Positions 55,901 through 64,000 of a DNA stretch of 64,000 nt are shown piece by piece. Source of the DNA: an uncultured Verrucomicrobiae bacterium (GTDB lineage: Bacteria > Verrucomicrobiota > Verrucomicrobiia > Chthoniobacterales > UBA10450); assembly GCA_963815455.1 (NCBI GenBank), contig CAWFGO010000001.1, forward strand, positions 288,001 to 352,000. The letters run 5' to 3'. The translations under genes were made by a program, and so were the position numbers. The notes under the pieces are model-generated. The model saw only the letters and a list, made by a program, of their open reading frames with translations, was not told the origin of the DNA and ran no database searches. Each line of letters begins with the position of its first letter. Within the stretch, counting starts at the first letter, position 1.

Positions 55901-56389
55901 TTAGATCTCGAGCCTGGCTGGCAAACGTGGCTGTTTTCGAGACGACAGAGCCGGGCGCGTTTTCTTCCCCAGCAGGATGTGAATCAGGAGCAGAACGGGC
56001 AAGGCCAAACCGACTGCAAGATGAATCCAGCTTGTCCAAGCGCGAAGCTTTTCGCCACCGGCGTAGTAAAGTCCGTAACCGGTTATTGTCAGAATGCCGA
56101 ACACGCTGAGAAAGAGCGCGCCGTTTCCGCGGTTGCGCCCGGCGCGCCAGGCGAACTTGACGTGCGCAGTTAATACGGTCCCGATCAAGACTAGGATTGC
56201 CATCGCTGCGGCGCCGTGGATTTTCATGGCCCAGGTCTTTGCCTTGGCCAAGAAATCGTCGGATGGCGGTGCGAGATAATTCCAATACGCCCAGACCGCG
56301 CCGCTGAAGAAAAGGAGCGCGAGCACGGCGTAAAGAAAATATCTGTGGAAACGCTTCAATCGGATTGAGTCTGGTCGCGGGTGTCGCAT
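55901..56389 (-). CDS. 4-TM membrane protein with His residues (cytochrome b-like)
   Basis: KIHG, AHV, WIH, IH in TM helices; linked to apbE. Confidence 0.7.
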   Translation of the reverse strand: MRHPRPDSIRLKRFHRYFLYAVLALLFFSGAVWAYWNYLAPPSDDFLAKAKTWAMKIHGAAAMAILVLIGTVLTAHVKFAWRAGRNRGNGALFLSVFGILTITGYGLYYAGGEKLRAWTSWIHLAVGLALPVLLLIHILLGKKTRPALSSRKQPRLPARLEI

Positions 56390-57273
56390 GGCGATTGGAA
56401 CCTCCAGCTTGGCGAGCCGTCACGCTCAAGCAACAATGCATCGGCGCGGTAACGTGCCAGGACCGGCGCGGCTTCTTCGCGCAGCGCGAGAACGATTTTC
56501 GTAAGCGCGTCCGCCGTCATGCAATCTGCCGCCGCCACGGTGACGCTGATCGGTTTTCGGCAGCATCGACCGGTGCGCCCATCCAGGAGCGGACTAACGA
56601 TCGCGCCGCGGACCCTGCGTTGCTCGAAATATATTCCCGAAGTGGCCATGGCGCGTTGGCGCAGCTTCACCGCTCCAGCCGGCCTGGTTGGATCGGCCGG
56701 ATGCCGGAGGTAAACGATCTCCGATGTCGATCCAAAAACGCGGAGATCGCCGCCGGCATTCACGACTCCGCCGGTGGCGCCGTTCTTTTTCAATGCTGCA
56801 ACGCCTCGATCGACCGCGAAACCTTTGGCGATTCCGCCAAGATCGACAATCACCCGGCGGCGAAAAAAGATTTCGCAGTTTTTCCGGAGAACAATATCGC
56901 GCGAATTGGCGCCGGCCTGGAAGGGATAGCCATGGCGGGGAAGATAGGCCCACCTGGCAAGATGCGGCGCAACGGTGATGTCGAACGTTGCATGACTGGC
57001 CAGAGCAAATTCGCGGGCGGATTTCATCACTCGCCAGGTCCAGGGATGGACCGTTAAGCCTCTTGGAAATGCGTCACGATTCATCCGGGAGACATCGCTT
57101 CGCTGGTCATGAAAACTCATAAGCCGGTGGATTTTTTCAATTACTCGAAAAGCGGCCTCGATTGCGCGCTCGAGATCGACATCGTTCCGGCCGCGAGCGG
57201 CGATTTCCACAAACGTTCCCAGCAACGGCCGGCAACGACGAATCTCAACCTCAGCGTTTGAGCACAATTTCAT
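56356..57273 (-). CDS. apbE: FAD:protein FMN transferase
   Basis: FDITV, DLGGIAKG, VNAGGD, ATSG, ADAL. Confidence 0.92.
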   Translation of the reverse strand: MKLCSNAEVEIRRCRPLLGTFVEIAARGRNDVDLERAIEAAFRVIEKIHRLMSFHDQRSDVSRMNRDAFPRGLTVHPWTWRVMKSAREFALASHATFDITVAPHLARWAYLPRHGYPFQAGANSRDIVLRKNCEIFFRRRVIVDLGGIAKGFAVDRGVAALKKNGATGGVVNAGGDLRVFGSTSEIVYLRHPADPTRPAGAVKLRQRAMATSGIYFEQRRVRGAIVSPLLDGRTGRCCRKPISVTVAAADCMTADALTKIVLALREEAAPVLARYRADALLLERDGSPSWRFQSPCDTRDQTQSD

Positions 57274-57775
57274 ACAATGCGAGCAGGCGCTTCACGCCGT
57301 CGGTCACGTGGCGACAGCTCAAGGTCGCGCCGCTGATGTTCTTGATGTCGCGATCGAGTTTGAGTGTCGATTGGCCGGTCTTGCCGACGAATTGCGCGCG
57401 CCATTTCTCGTCACGGATTTCGCCGCCGTAAGTTTCCCGGTAATCCATGATCTCGACCTGCTTGACGGAACCGTCGGCGTTGAGGCCGACCGCGTAGGTG
57501 ATGAATTCATGTTTGCCGACAACTTCATCGACAATGAACCAGCCGCCGCCGCCTACGCGCCAGATCTGCTGGTCATCACGTAACACACGCACGCCGCCGG
57601 CCCGCTCGATCGCTTTGCGTTGAGCGCTGGTGAGCTTGACCGGCGCGGCGGTAAGAGATTTCCCAGGAAAAATCGCGCGCTGCGCTTGATCGACGCCGAG
57701 ATATTGCACCGCAAACGCGGACGGCGCGACCAGTGCGGAAATTGGCAGCGCGATAAAGGCGAATTCGGATCTCAT
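57251..57775 (-). CDS. Secreted FMN-binding domain protein
   Basis: YRETYGGEI...ISGATLS flavinylation motif. Confidence 0.9.
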   Translation of the reverse strand: MRSEFAFIALPISALVAPSAFAVQYLGVDQAQRAIFPGKSLTAAPVKLTSAQRKAIERAGGVRVLRDDQQIWRVGGGGWFIVDEVVGKHEFITYAVGLNADGSVKQVEIMDYRETYGGEIRDEKWRAQFVGKTGQSTLKLDRDIKNISGATLSCRHVTDGVKRLLALYEIVLKR

Positions 57776-57787
57776 CAGGCGGTTGAT

Positions 57788-58623
57788 TTAAAAATTGAAG
57801 CCGACTTTGAAGCGCACGATCTGACGCTGCTCTTCAGCAAAGGTCTGGCCGTTCGCCGGCTCGTCCACGCCCTTGCCATAAATCTGATAGTTCCACGTCA
57901 ACGTCGCCCACCAGCGTTGTTGCGAGTAATGCATCGTCGGCCCGGCGTAATAGACGCGGTGCTCGAAAAAGTTCAGATCGAACAGCGGATATTCCCAGCG
58001 GGTATGAATTTCCGCACCGGCAAACCAATTCGGGGCGAAGCGATAGGTCGCGCCGGCGGCGCCTTCGAAGGAAATCTCGCGCGGGTATCCTCGGCCGGCT
58101 GTTTGCCCCAAGCCCACTCGACGCCGAAATCGACGGCGCAGATCAGCCGGTCCTCGAAGAAATCTTTTTGCAGATCGATCTCCGGTTTGATGTAACGATC
58201 GTGCTGCCTCAGGCCATCGACTTCATCGTTGATCAAATAGCCGGCCTCCAGACGAAAGGCCAGGCCGAGCGGATCCTTGAACGGACTTAGGACTCGATAT
58301 TTCGCGGCACTTTCCACGCCTCCAAAGCGATAGTTGTTTCGATTGGGAAGCCCGGGAACATCTTCATTATGGAAGTAATGTTGCACCAGCGAGACACTCA
58401 CCTGGAGCTGATCGAGAATGCCGTATTCGTATTCCGTTTCGAAATCGCGGCCGTAATACGTGCCGCCATCTTTTCCCTGACGCATGGTAACGAATTGATA
58501 AAGTTCCGCGTGTCCCGCGGGCAATGTCTCCGCGCCACGGACAAAGCCAAAGAGCTGCTCGTCCCCGCGCGCGATGGAACCGGCCAAAAAAAATGCAAAC
58601 ACGAATATCGGCCGGATTTTCAC
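57788..58623 (-). CDS. Putative outer-membrane beta-barrel protein; frameshift near 58090
   Basis: Signal peptide, AETLP...EYEYG; amphipathic strands; C-terminal VGFNF in ORF 57788..58117. Confidence 0.75.
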
Positions 58624-58740
58624 GCCACGACTCCTAACACCGTGAAACGAAGCGCGCTGCCGGGCGGTTGCTAATTTTTGACGCTTAGTTGCAGTGCAAT
58701 CGAGCGCACGCAGGACAATTCAACATCAGTCCGCAGGCGA

Positions 58741-60201
58741 CTAAGACTGCTTTGGCTTGAGCAGTGGGAACAAGATCACGTCGCGGATCGATTCCGCGCC
58801 GGTGAGGAGCATCGACAACCGATCGATGCCGAGCCCGAATCCGCCGGCCGGCGGCATGCCGTGCTCGAGCGCGAGCAGGAAATCTTCGTCGATCTTTTGC
58901 GTTTCTTCGCCGGCTTGTTCGAGCAGACGCTGGCGTTGCACAATCGGATCGTTCAACTCGGTGTAGCCGGGCGCGATCTCGGCGCCGTCGATGATTAGCT
59001 CGAATACATCGACAACGGAATTGTCTTGCGCGTTTTGCTTGGCCAGGGGAACCAACTCTTTCGGGCAATGGGTAACAAAAAGCGGGTCGATCGCTTTTTC
59101 CTCGATCAGCTTTTCAAAAACGTGCTGGGTCACTTCGAAATCGGCCAACTGCGGCAGAATTTCCAGGCCAAGTTCTTTCGCGCGTCCACGACGTCTTTCG
59201 CTCGTGATGTCGAACCAGTCTTTGCCAGCGATCTCGCGGATAAGATCGACATAGCGAGCACGACGCCATGGCCGCTTCAAGTTGATCGTTCGCACGACTT
59301 TTCCTTCGGCATCGCGATGTTCGACCTGGAGGGACCCGCAAACTTTTTCGGCCAGATGACAGATTAGTTCCTCAACGAGGTCGGCGATTTTTTCGAAATC
59401 GGCGTAAGCCCAATAGGCTTCGAGCATGGTGAACTCGGGATTATGTTTACGGGAAATGCCTTCGTTGCGGAAATTGCGATTGATCTCGAAGACCTTATTG
59501 AATCCGCCGACGAGAAGGCGTTTCAAGTAAAGCTCGGGCGCGATGCGCAAATAGAGATCGATTCCGAGCGCTTTATGCCGGGTTTGGAACGGCTCGGCCG
59601 CGGCGCCGCCGGCAACCGTTTGCAACATCGGCGTCTCGACTTCGAGAAAGCCGCGGTCTTCGAAAAAGCGACGGGCCTCGCGCACCATCGCGATCCGCTT
59701 TTCGAAAATCTCCCGCGATTGTTCGTTGGAAATAAGATCGAGATACCGCTGCCGGTAACGGGCTTCGACACCCTGAAGCCCGTGCCATTTCTCGGGCAAC
59801 GGCCGGAGAGACTTGGCCAGCATCTGGAATTTTTTGACCTTGAGCGTTGGCTCGCCGGTCTTGGTGAGGAAACATTCGCCTTCAACGCCGATGAAATCGC
59901 CCAGATCGAGTAACTGGAAAAGTTCTATCACTCCCGGACCGACTTCTTTGGCGTGGATATAAACCTGGATCCGTCCGGTGGCGTCGCGAAGATCGACAAA
60001 GTGACTCTTGCCCATGTCGCGATGGGCGGTGATCCGCCCGGCGGCGCGAAGGGTTTCGCCCTCCTTGAATTTTTCGCGCACCTCCGCGACCGAGCCACTC
60101 GGCTCGAATGCGGTCGTGCCACCAAATGGATCGATCCCTTTGGCGCGCAACGCGTCGATTTTTTTACGACGCAGCGCAATCAGTTCGTTTTCTTCATCCA
60201 T
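58741..60201 (-). CDS. lysS: Lysine--tRNA ligase (class II)
   Basis: YRQRYLDL, LRIAPELYLK, FRNEGIS..HNPEF, GIDRL. Confidence 0.97.
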   Translation of the reverse strand: MDEENELIALRRKKIDALRAKGIDPFGGTTAFEPSGSVAEVREKFKEGETLRAAGRITAHRDMGKSHFVDLRDATGRIQVYIHAKEVGPGVIELFQLLDLGDFIGVEGECFLTKTGEPTLKVKKFQMLAKSLRPLPEKWHGLQGVEARYRQRYLDLISNEQSREIFEKRIAMVREARRFFEDRGFLEVETPMLQTVAGGAAAEPFQTRHKALGIDLYLRIAPELYLKRLLVGGFNKVFEINRNFRNEGISRKHNPEFTMLEAYWAYADFEKIADLVEELICHLAEKVCGSLQVEHRDAEGKVVRTINLKRPWRRARYVDLIREIAGKDWFDITSERRRGRAKELGLEILPQLADFEVTQHVFEKLIEEKAIDPLFVTHCPKELVPLAKQNAQDNSVVDVFELIIDGAEIAPGYTELNDPIVQRQRLLEQAGEETQKIDEDFLLALEHGMPPAGGFGLGIDRLSMLLTGAESIRDVILFPLLKPKQS

Positions 60202-60278
60202 GTTCAGCGAGCGAATGTAAAGCGGTGCGCGGGCTTCGCCACGTTAAATCGATCCATGGAGATCGCGCGTACAACTCT

Positions 60279-60417
60279 GTCATCCCGAGCACTGCGAGGG
60301 ATCTCTCTTCCGGTCGCAGGCATGCAAGCGCTCACATCGTCTGCATCGACAGCGACGCGCTGCGAAACGCGATAGCTGTTCTTCATTCGCGAGGTCCTTC
60401 GCTTCGCTCAGGATGAC
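60279..60417. repeat. Long GTCAT..ATGAC repeat
   Basis: Aligns with 54000-54172. Confidence 0.85.
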
Positions 60418-60578
60418 AAGAAGAGCGAAGCATGGCCTGAGCCCCCTTTCGCGTGGAGCTGCGGCCCGGGCGGCGCTTCGCTCAACATGACATGTTGCCC
60501 ATGTGATTATGTAACGAAGCACTTTCGGCTGAATTGATTTGCAATGAAAAGATCGACAATGAGATACTCGGGGGACAA

Positions 60579-61049
60579 ATGCCTGTCGATTTACCGCAAA
60601 CAACCCAGAAAATGGGCGGACCGCTGGTCAAACAGTTCTCGGTATTTCTTCCGAACAAGGTCGGGGCGATGTTGGATGTGGTGAAGCTGCTCAATGCCCA
60701 CGATGTTCATGTGGTCGCCTTGAGCGTTTCCGAATCGACCGACTCGGCCATTGCCCGGATCATCGTGAGCGACCCGGACGAGGTGCAAGATTTGTTCAAG
60801 GAGAAGAACATCGCGTTCGGCCTGTGCGAAGTGGTGGTGGTGGAACTGCGCGAGGTGGCGACGCAATTGGTGAAACTTCTGGCGGCGCTGTTCATGGCGG
60901 AAGTGAACGTGCATTTCACTTATCCGTTGCTAACCCGGCCGCACGGTCTCGCGGCCATCGCTCTGCATGTGGACGATACCGATTGCGCGTCGTCGGTTCT
61001 GATGGGCGAAGGATTCAAGATCCTGAGCCAGAGCGAGATCTCGCGGTGA
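60579..61049 (+). CDS. Tandem ACT-domain protein
   Basis: QFSVFLPNKVG...ARIIVSDP...VNVHFTY. Confidence 0.85.
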   Translation: MPVDLPQTTQKMGGPLVKQFSVFLPNKVGAMLDVVKLLNAHDVHVVALSVSESTDSAIARIIVSDPDEVQDLFKEKNIAFGLCEVVVVELREVATQLVKLLAALFMAEVNVHFTYPLLTRPHGLAAIALHVDDTDCASSVLMGEGFKILSQSEISR

Positions 61050-61250
61050 AAACCGCGAATTCCTGATTTGGAAATTCGCAAGGACCGTGTTGTTTATCAG
61101 GTAGGGACGGTTCTCCGAACCGTCCGTAGAATTGTCCATTCCTGCCTGCCGCGCCGTAGGCCATGCGAAGGCGGGTCCATTCGTGGTTAAAACGCTTCCC
61201 GGGTTGACAGGTTTGGCATTGCGCGTTTACAGAAATGGCACGGTTTTGCC

Positions 61251-62351
61251 ATGCGAGTTCTGACTCTTTCCACTTCGCCGCACGCCGATCGGAGCTTCCA
61301 GATCGGTCTCGGGCTGGTTGTGCTTTTCGCCGTGGCGGAACTTTCGACCACCAGTTATTACTATCTGCGCCGGTTCCGCGTGGCCAAGCCCGCGGGAGAA
61401 TCGATCGCCGCGGTAACCAAGCCAAGCGTGGCCCCGCGCATCACGCCGCCTCCGATGCGAGCGACGCCTCCGCCGGCAACAGCCGCTCCGCCCGCAGTTG
61501 GAGGGCCGCGCAGCGTAGACCGGCTGGTTCAGGAAGCGACCGTCTTCCGCGGCAAAGGCGACATGACCAACGCCCTTGCCCGGTTACACGAAGCCACCGG
61601 GATCGAACCGAAGAACGCAAAAATTCTCGAAGAAATGGCGAAGACTTACGACACGATGCAACTCACCGAACCCGCCAACGACACCTGGCGAAAGATCCAG
61701 GAACTCGGCCCTTCAGCGGGCGCGTCCTACAACATGGCGGTCGCACGATTGAAAACCGGCGTGCCGACCCCGGCGCCGGCAACCGCGCCCACGGTCGCGC
61801 CGGCAGTAAAGCCGGCACCCGCGGGTCCACCCACGGCGGAGGCAACCCCAAGCGGAACGGTATTTTCGATCGCGCAAGTCAAAGCAAGCGAGGAGCCCGA
61901 TCCGGACGCGGACACGAACCTGACCCTGCGCATTGCAGTGAAGAAGCAGGCGGATGCGGTGATCGATCACACCAAGGTAAAAATCCAGGTGTTCTTTTAC
62001 GACACGGTCGATGACAAAGATATCAAGCTCACGAATGCGGAAGTAAATTACGAATGGGTCACGACGAAACACGATTGGGCCGGCCCCGACCCGGAGGTCC
62101 TCTCGGTCAATTATTTGCGGCCAAAAAACAAGGCGATGACATCGGAAGCGGCACTGGCGGCGGCCGCAGCTTCAGTGAATCCCGGAAGAAAAGGCAAGCC
62201 GGTGAACCCGAGCCCGCCTCAGGATGCCGGGAAACGGGTGTATCTCGGTTATATCGTGCGCGTTTACTATCATGACGAGCTGCAAGCCCAAAAGGCGGAA
62301 CCAAGACGGCTCCTAAAACTGTTCCCTCCCTCCGCGCCCGCATCGCCCTAA
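61251..62351 (+). CDS. Membrane-anchored TPR-containing protein
   Basis: N-terminal TM; TPR-like segment (ALARLHEATGIEPKN); Pro-rich linkers. Confidence 0.75.
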   Translation: MRVLTLSTSPHADRSFQIGLGLVVLFAVAELSTTSYYYLRRFRVAKPAGESIAAVTKPSVAPRITPPPMRATPPPATAAPPAVGGPRSVDRLVQEATVFRGKGDMTNALARLHEATGIEPKNAKILEEMAKTYDTMQLTEPANDTWRKIQELGPSAGASYNMAVARLKTGVPTPAPATAPTVAPAVKPAPAGPPTAEATPSGTVFSIAQVKASEEPDPDADTNLTLRIAVKKQADAVIDHTKVKIQVFFYDTVDDKDIKLTNAEVNYEWVTTKHDWAGPDPEVLSVNYLRPKNKAMTSEAALAAAAASVNPGRKGKPVNPSPPQDAGKRVYLGYIVRVYYHDELQAQKAEPRRLLKLFPPSAPASP

Positions 62352-63034
62352 TGCAATTGCTCATCGTGCACCGCGACGCCGCGCTGGGCGAGCAACTGGT
62401 GCAAATGGTGAAGGATTACACCGTGCACGAGTGCGATCTCGTCGCCAGCAACTCCGCCGCGATCGATTGGGGCCGCGCCCACGGCCAGTGCACGTTGCTA
62501 TTGACCCAACTCCAGGACGACGGCCTGGATGGTCTCGCTCTCGGCGGTCAGCTCAGTGAAATTTTTCCCGGCTTGCAGACGCTGTTTCTTCCGGCTTATC
62601 CCGCCGCCGACCAGCGCCTGGAAGTGGCGAACACAAAAGTTTTTCCAGAACCGATCGATGGCGAAGGTCTTCTCGGCGCGATCGCGCGCGCCGAGGCAGC
62701 CACCCCGGGTACGCCGGATTGGTTTCATGTTGTCGATGTGTTGCAGATGTGTTGTCTTAGCCGGAGGGGCGGAGCGATCCAGATGGTTAAGGGAACACGA
62801 AGCGCGATTGTGTTTTTGCGGGGCGGCCAGATTGTGCATGCGGAAACGACGGCTTGTCGCGGCAAAGATGCGTTGTTGGAAATGATGGCGTGGGAATTCG
62901 TCGAGTTTGCCTACGACGGCACGGTCCGTCCGCCGGTTGAAACGATCCGATCGCCATGGGACGGCGTGTTGATCGAGGCCGTGGCACGCCATAAACAACA
63001 AAAGCTGGCTGAGGACCTGCGGCAGCGAGCCTGA
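62351..63034 (+). CDS. Pseudo-receiver plus DUF4388-like domain protein
   Basis: Receiver-like N-terminus lacking the acidic residues; DVLQMCC...GQIVHAE...LIEA. Confidence 0.8.
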   Translation: MQLLIVHRDAALGEQLVQMVKDYTVHECDLVASNSAAIDWGRAHGQCTLLLTQLQDDGLDGLALGGQLSEIFPGLQTLFLPAYPAADQRLEVANTKVFPEPIDGEGLLGAIARAEAATPGTPDWFHVVDVLQMCCLSRRGGAIQMVKGTRSAIVFLRGGQIVHAETTACRGKDALLEMMAWEFVEFAYDGTVRPPVETIRSPWDGVLIEAVARHKQQKLAEDLRQRA

Positions 63035-63053
63035 AGCGACTGCAAGAAAATTT

Positions 63054-63136
63054 GTCATGTCGAGCGGAGTCGAGACATCCCGTTGCAACAACTTCCAGGT
63101 AACCCCTCGGGATTCCTCGACTTCGCTCGGAATGAC
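63054..63136. repeat. GTCAT..ATGAC palindromic repeat
   Basis: gtcatgtcgagcggagtcgag...ctcgacttcgctcggaatgac. Confidence 0.85.
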
Positions 63137-63175
63137 GGTTCATTTATGCAACGAGTTGCGTTATTTTACCCGGTC

Positions 63176-64000
63176 ATGAAACTCCCGCTGCTCTTCGCCT
63201 GCGTTTTCCTATTCGCGACGATGGCGGCCCGGGCACAAATCCAGGTCGATCTGAAATTGAAGCGTTTACAATATATCGCCCACGAACCGGTCATGGCGAC
63301 CATCGGCATTACCAATCTGGCCGGACGCGATGTCGATCTTCGCGATGCCGACGGCGAAGTTTGGTTTGGGTTCGAAGTGACTGGGAAAGAAGGGCAGCCG
63401 GTCGCACCGTTGCCGGTCGATAAATCCCCGTCGTCTTTGAAAATCGATGCGGGCAAGAAAGTGACCCAACGAATCAATCTCACCGAGCTTTATCCGGTCG
63501 AGGACTTCGGCACTTATCGCGTGCGTGCCCACATTTATTTCGCCGACTTGGGCAAGTATTTCTATTCCCAAACAAAAGTGTTTCAGGTGACCGATGCCCG
63601 ACCGATCTGGCAAAAGACAGTCGGGGTTCCCGAAGGAGCAGCCGGGCCGGGCAACGTGCGCACTTACTCGCTTCTAAGCAATCGGTTCCCCGATCACACG
63701 TCGCTCTACGTGCGGGTGGAGGACAAGGACCGAGGAATTGTCTATGCCACCTATTCGTTGGGCCGGAAGATCGCTTTCGACGAACCCCAGGCCGAGATCG
63801 ATCCCGCTAATCAACTTCATGTTTTACATTGCGCCGCGCCTCGCAGCTGGTCCTATTCTCATATCGGCTTAAATGGCGAACTACTTGCTCACTCCTCTTT
63901 TATGGAAACAAAAACCCGGCCACGGCTCACCCATACCGCCGATGGAACCGTGGCGGTGCGTGGAGGAATCCTCGACCAGCCGGCCGCAACCGCCGCCCAG
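63176..64000 (+). CDS. Secreted hypothetical protein (truncated by window end)
   Basis: MKLPLLFACVFLFATMAARAQIQVDLKLKR... reading to the window end. Confidence 0.8.
   Translation, partial: MKLPLLFACVFLFATMAARAQIQVDLKLKRLQYIAHEPVMATIGITNLAGRDVDLRDADGEVWFGFEVTGKEGQPVAPLPVDKSPSSLKIDAGKKVTQRINLTELYPVEDFGTYRVRAHIYFADLGKYFYSQTKVFQVTDARPIWQKTVGVPEGAAGPGNVRTYSLLSNRFPDHTSLYVRVEDKDRGIVYATYSLGRKIAFDEPQAEIDPANQLHVLHCAAPRSWSYSHIGLNGELLAHSSFMETKTRPRLTHTADGTVAVRGGILDQPAATAAQ

Noticed and set aside
61236..61250. Sigma-54-like TGGCAC...TTGC promoter
   Set aside because: GG-to-GC spacing is 9 nt rather than 10, and it directly abuts the start codon.

Overview
GC-rich bacterial chromosome segment, most likely Verrucomicrobiota (Chthoniobacterales-like), inferred from a VPDSG-CTERM protein, a PEP-CTERM protein and gene content. 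Positions ~226-6191 form an integron-type cassette array on the minus strand: 9 cassettes, 7 complete attC sites, 2 damaged ones, and an attI-like site at 6174-6191. No integrase lies in the window; a 66-aa orphan ORF sits where intI would be. Most attC sites carry an ATG 66-69 nt from the end of the TAG in the GTTAG recombination core, giving a ~22-aa mini-ORF that stops just before the next cassette gene. The attI-like site has an equivalent mini-ORF. One attC is disrupted by an IS110 remnant and another by nested REP-like elements. The rest is mostly core genome: GH63-like glucosidase, aroF, mfd-surA-pdxA, MacAB-like ABC system, dksA-rpmG-rpsR, sppA-thiL-tsaE-tsaB-alr, tRNA-Arg, cls, ada, prpDBC, CoA transferase, split IcmF-like mutase, fdhD-MOSC-mobA, an ApbE/FMN-binding cluster and lysS. 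Several families of short palindromic (REP-like) and heptamer repeats are dense throughout; they nest inside each other, supply stop codons and are translated in frame inside Mfd and other enzymes. Seven genes carry single-base frameshifts, probably long-read assembly errors.
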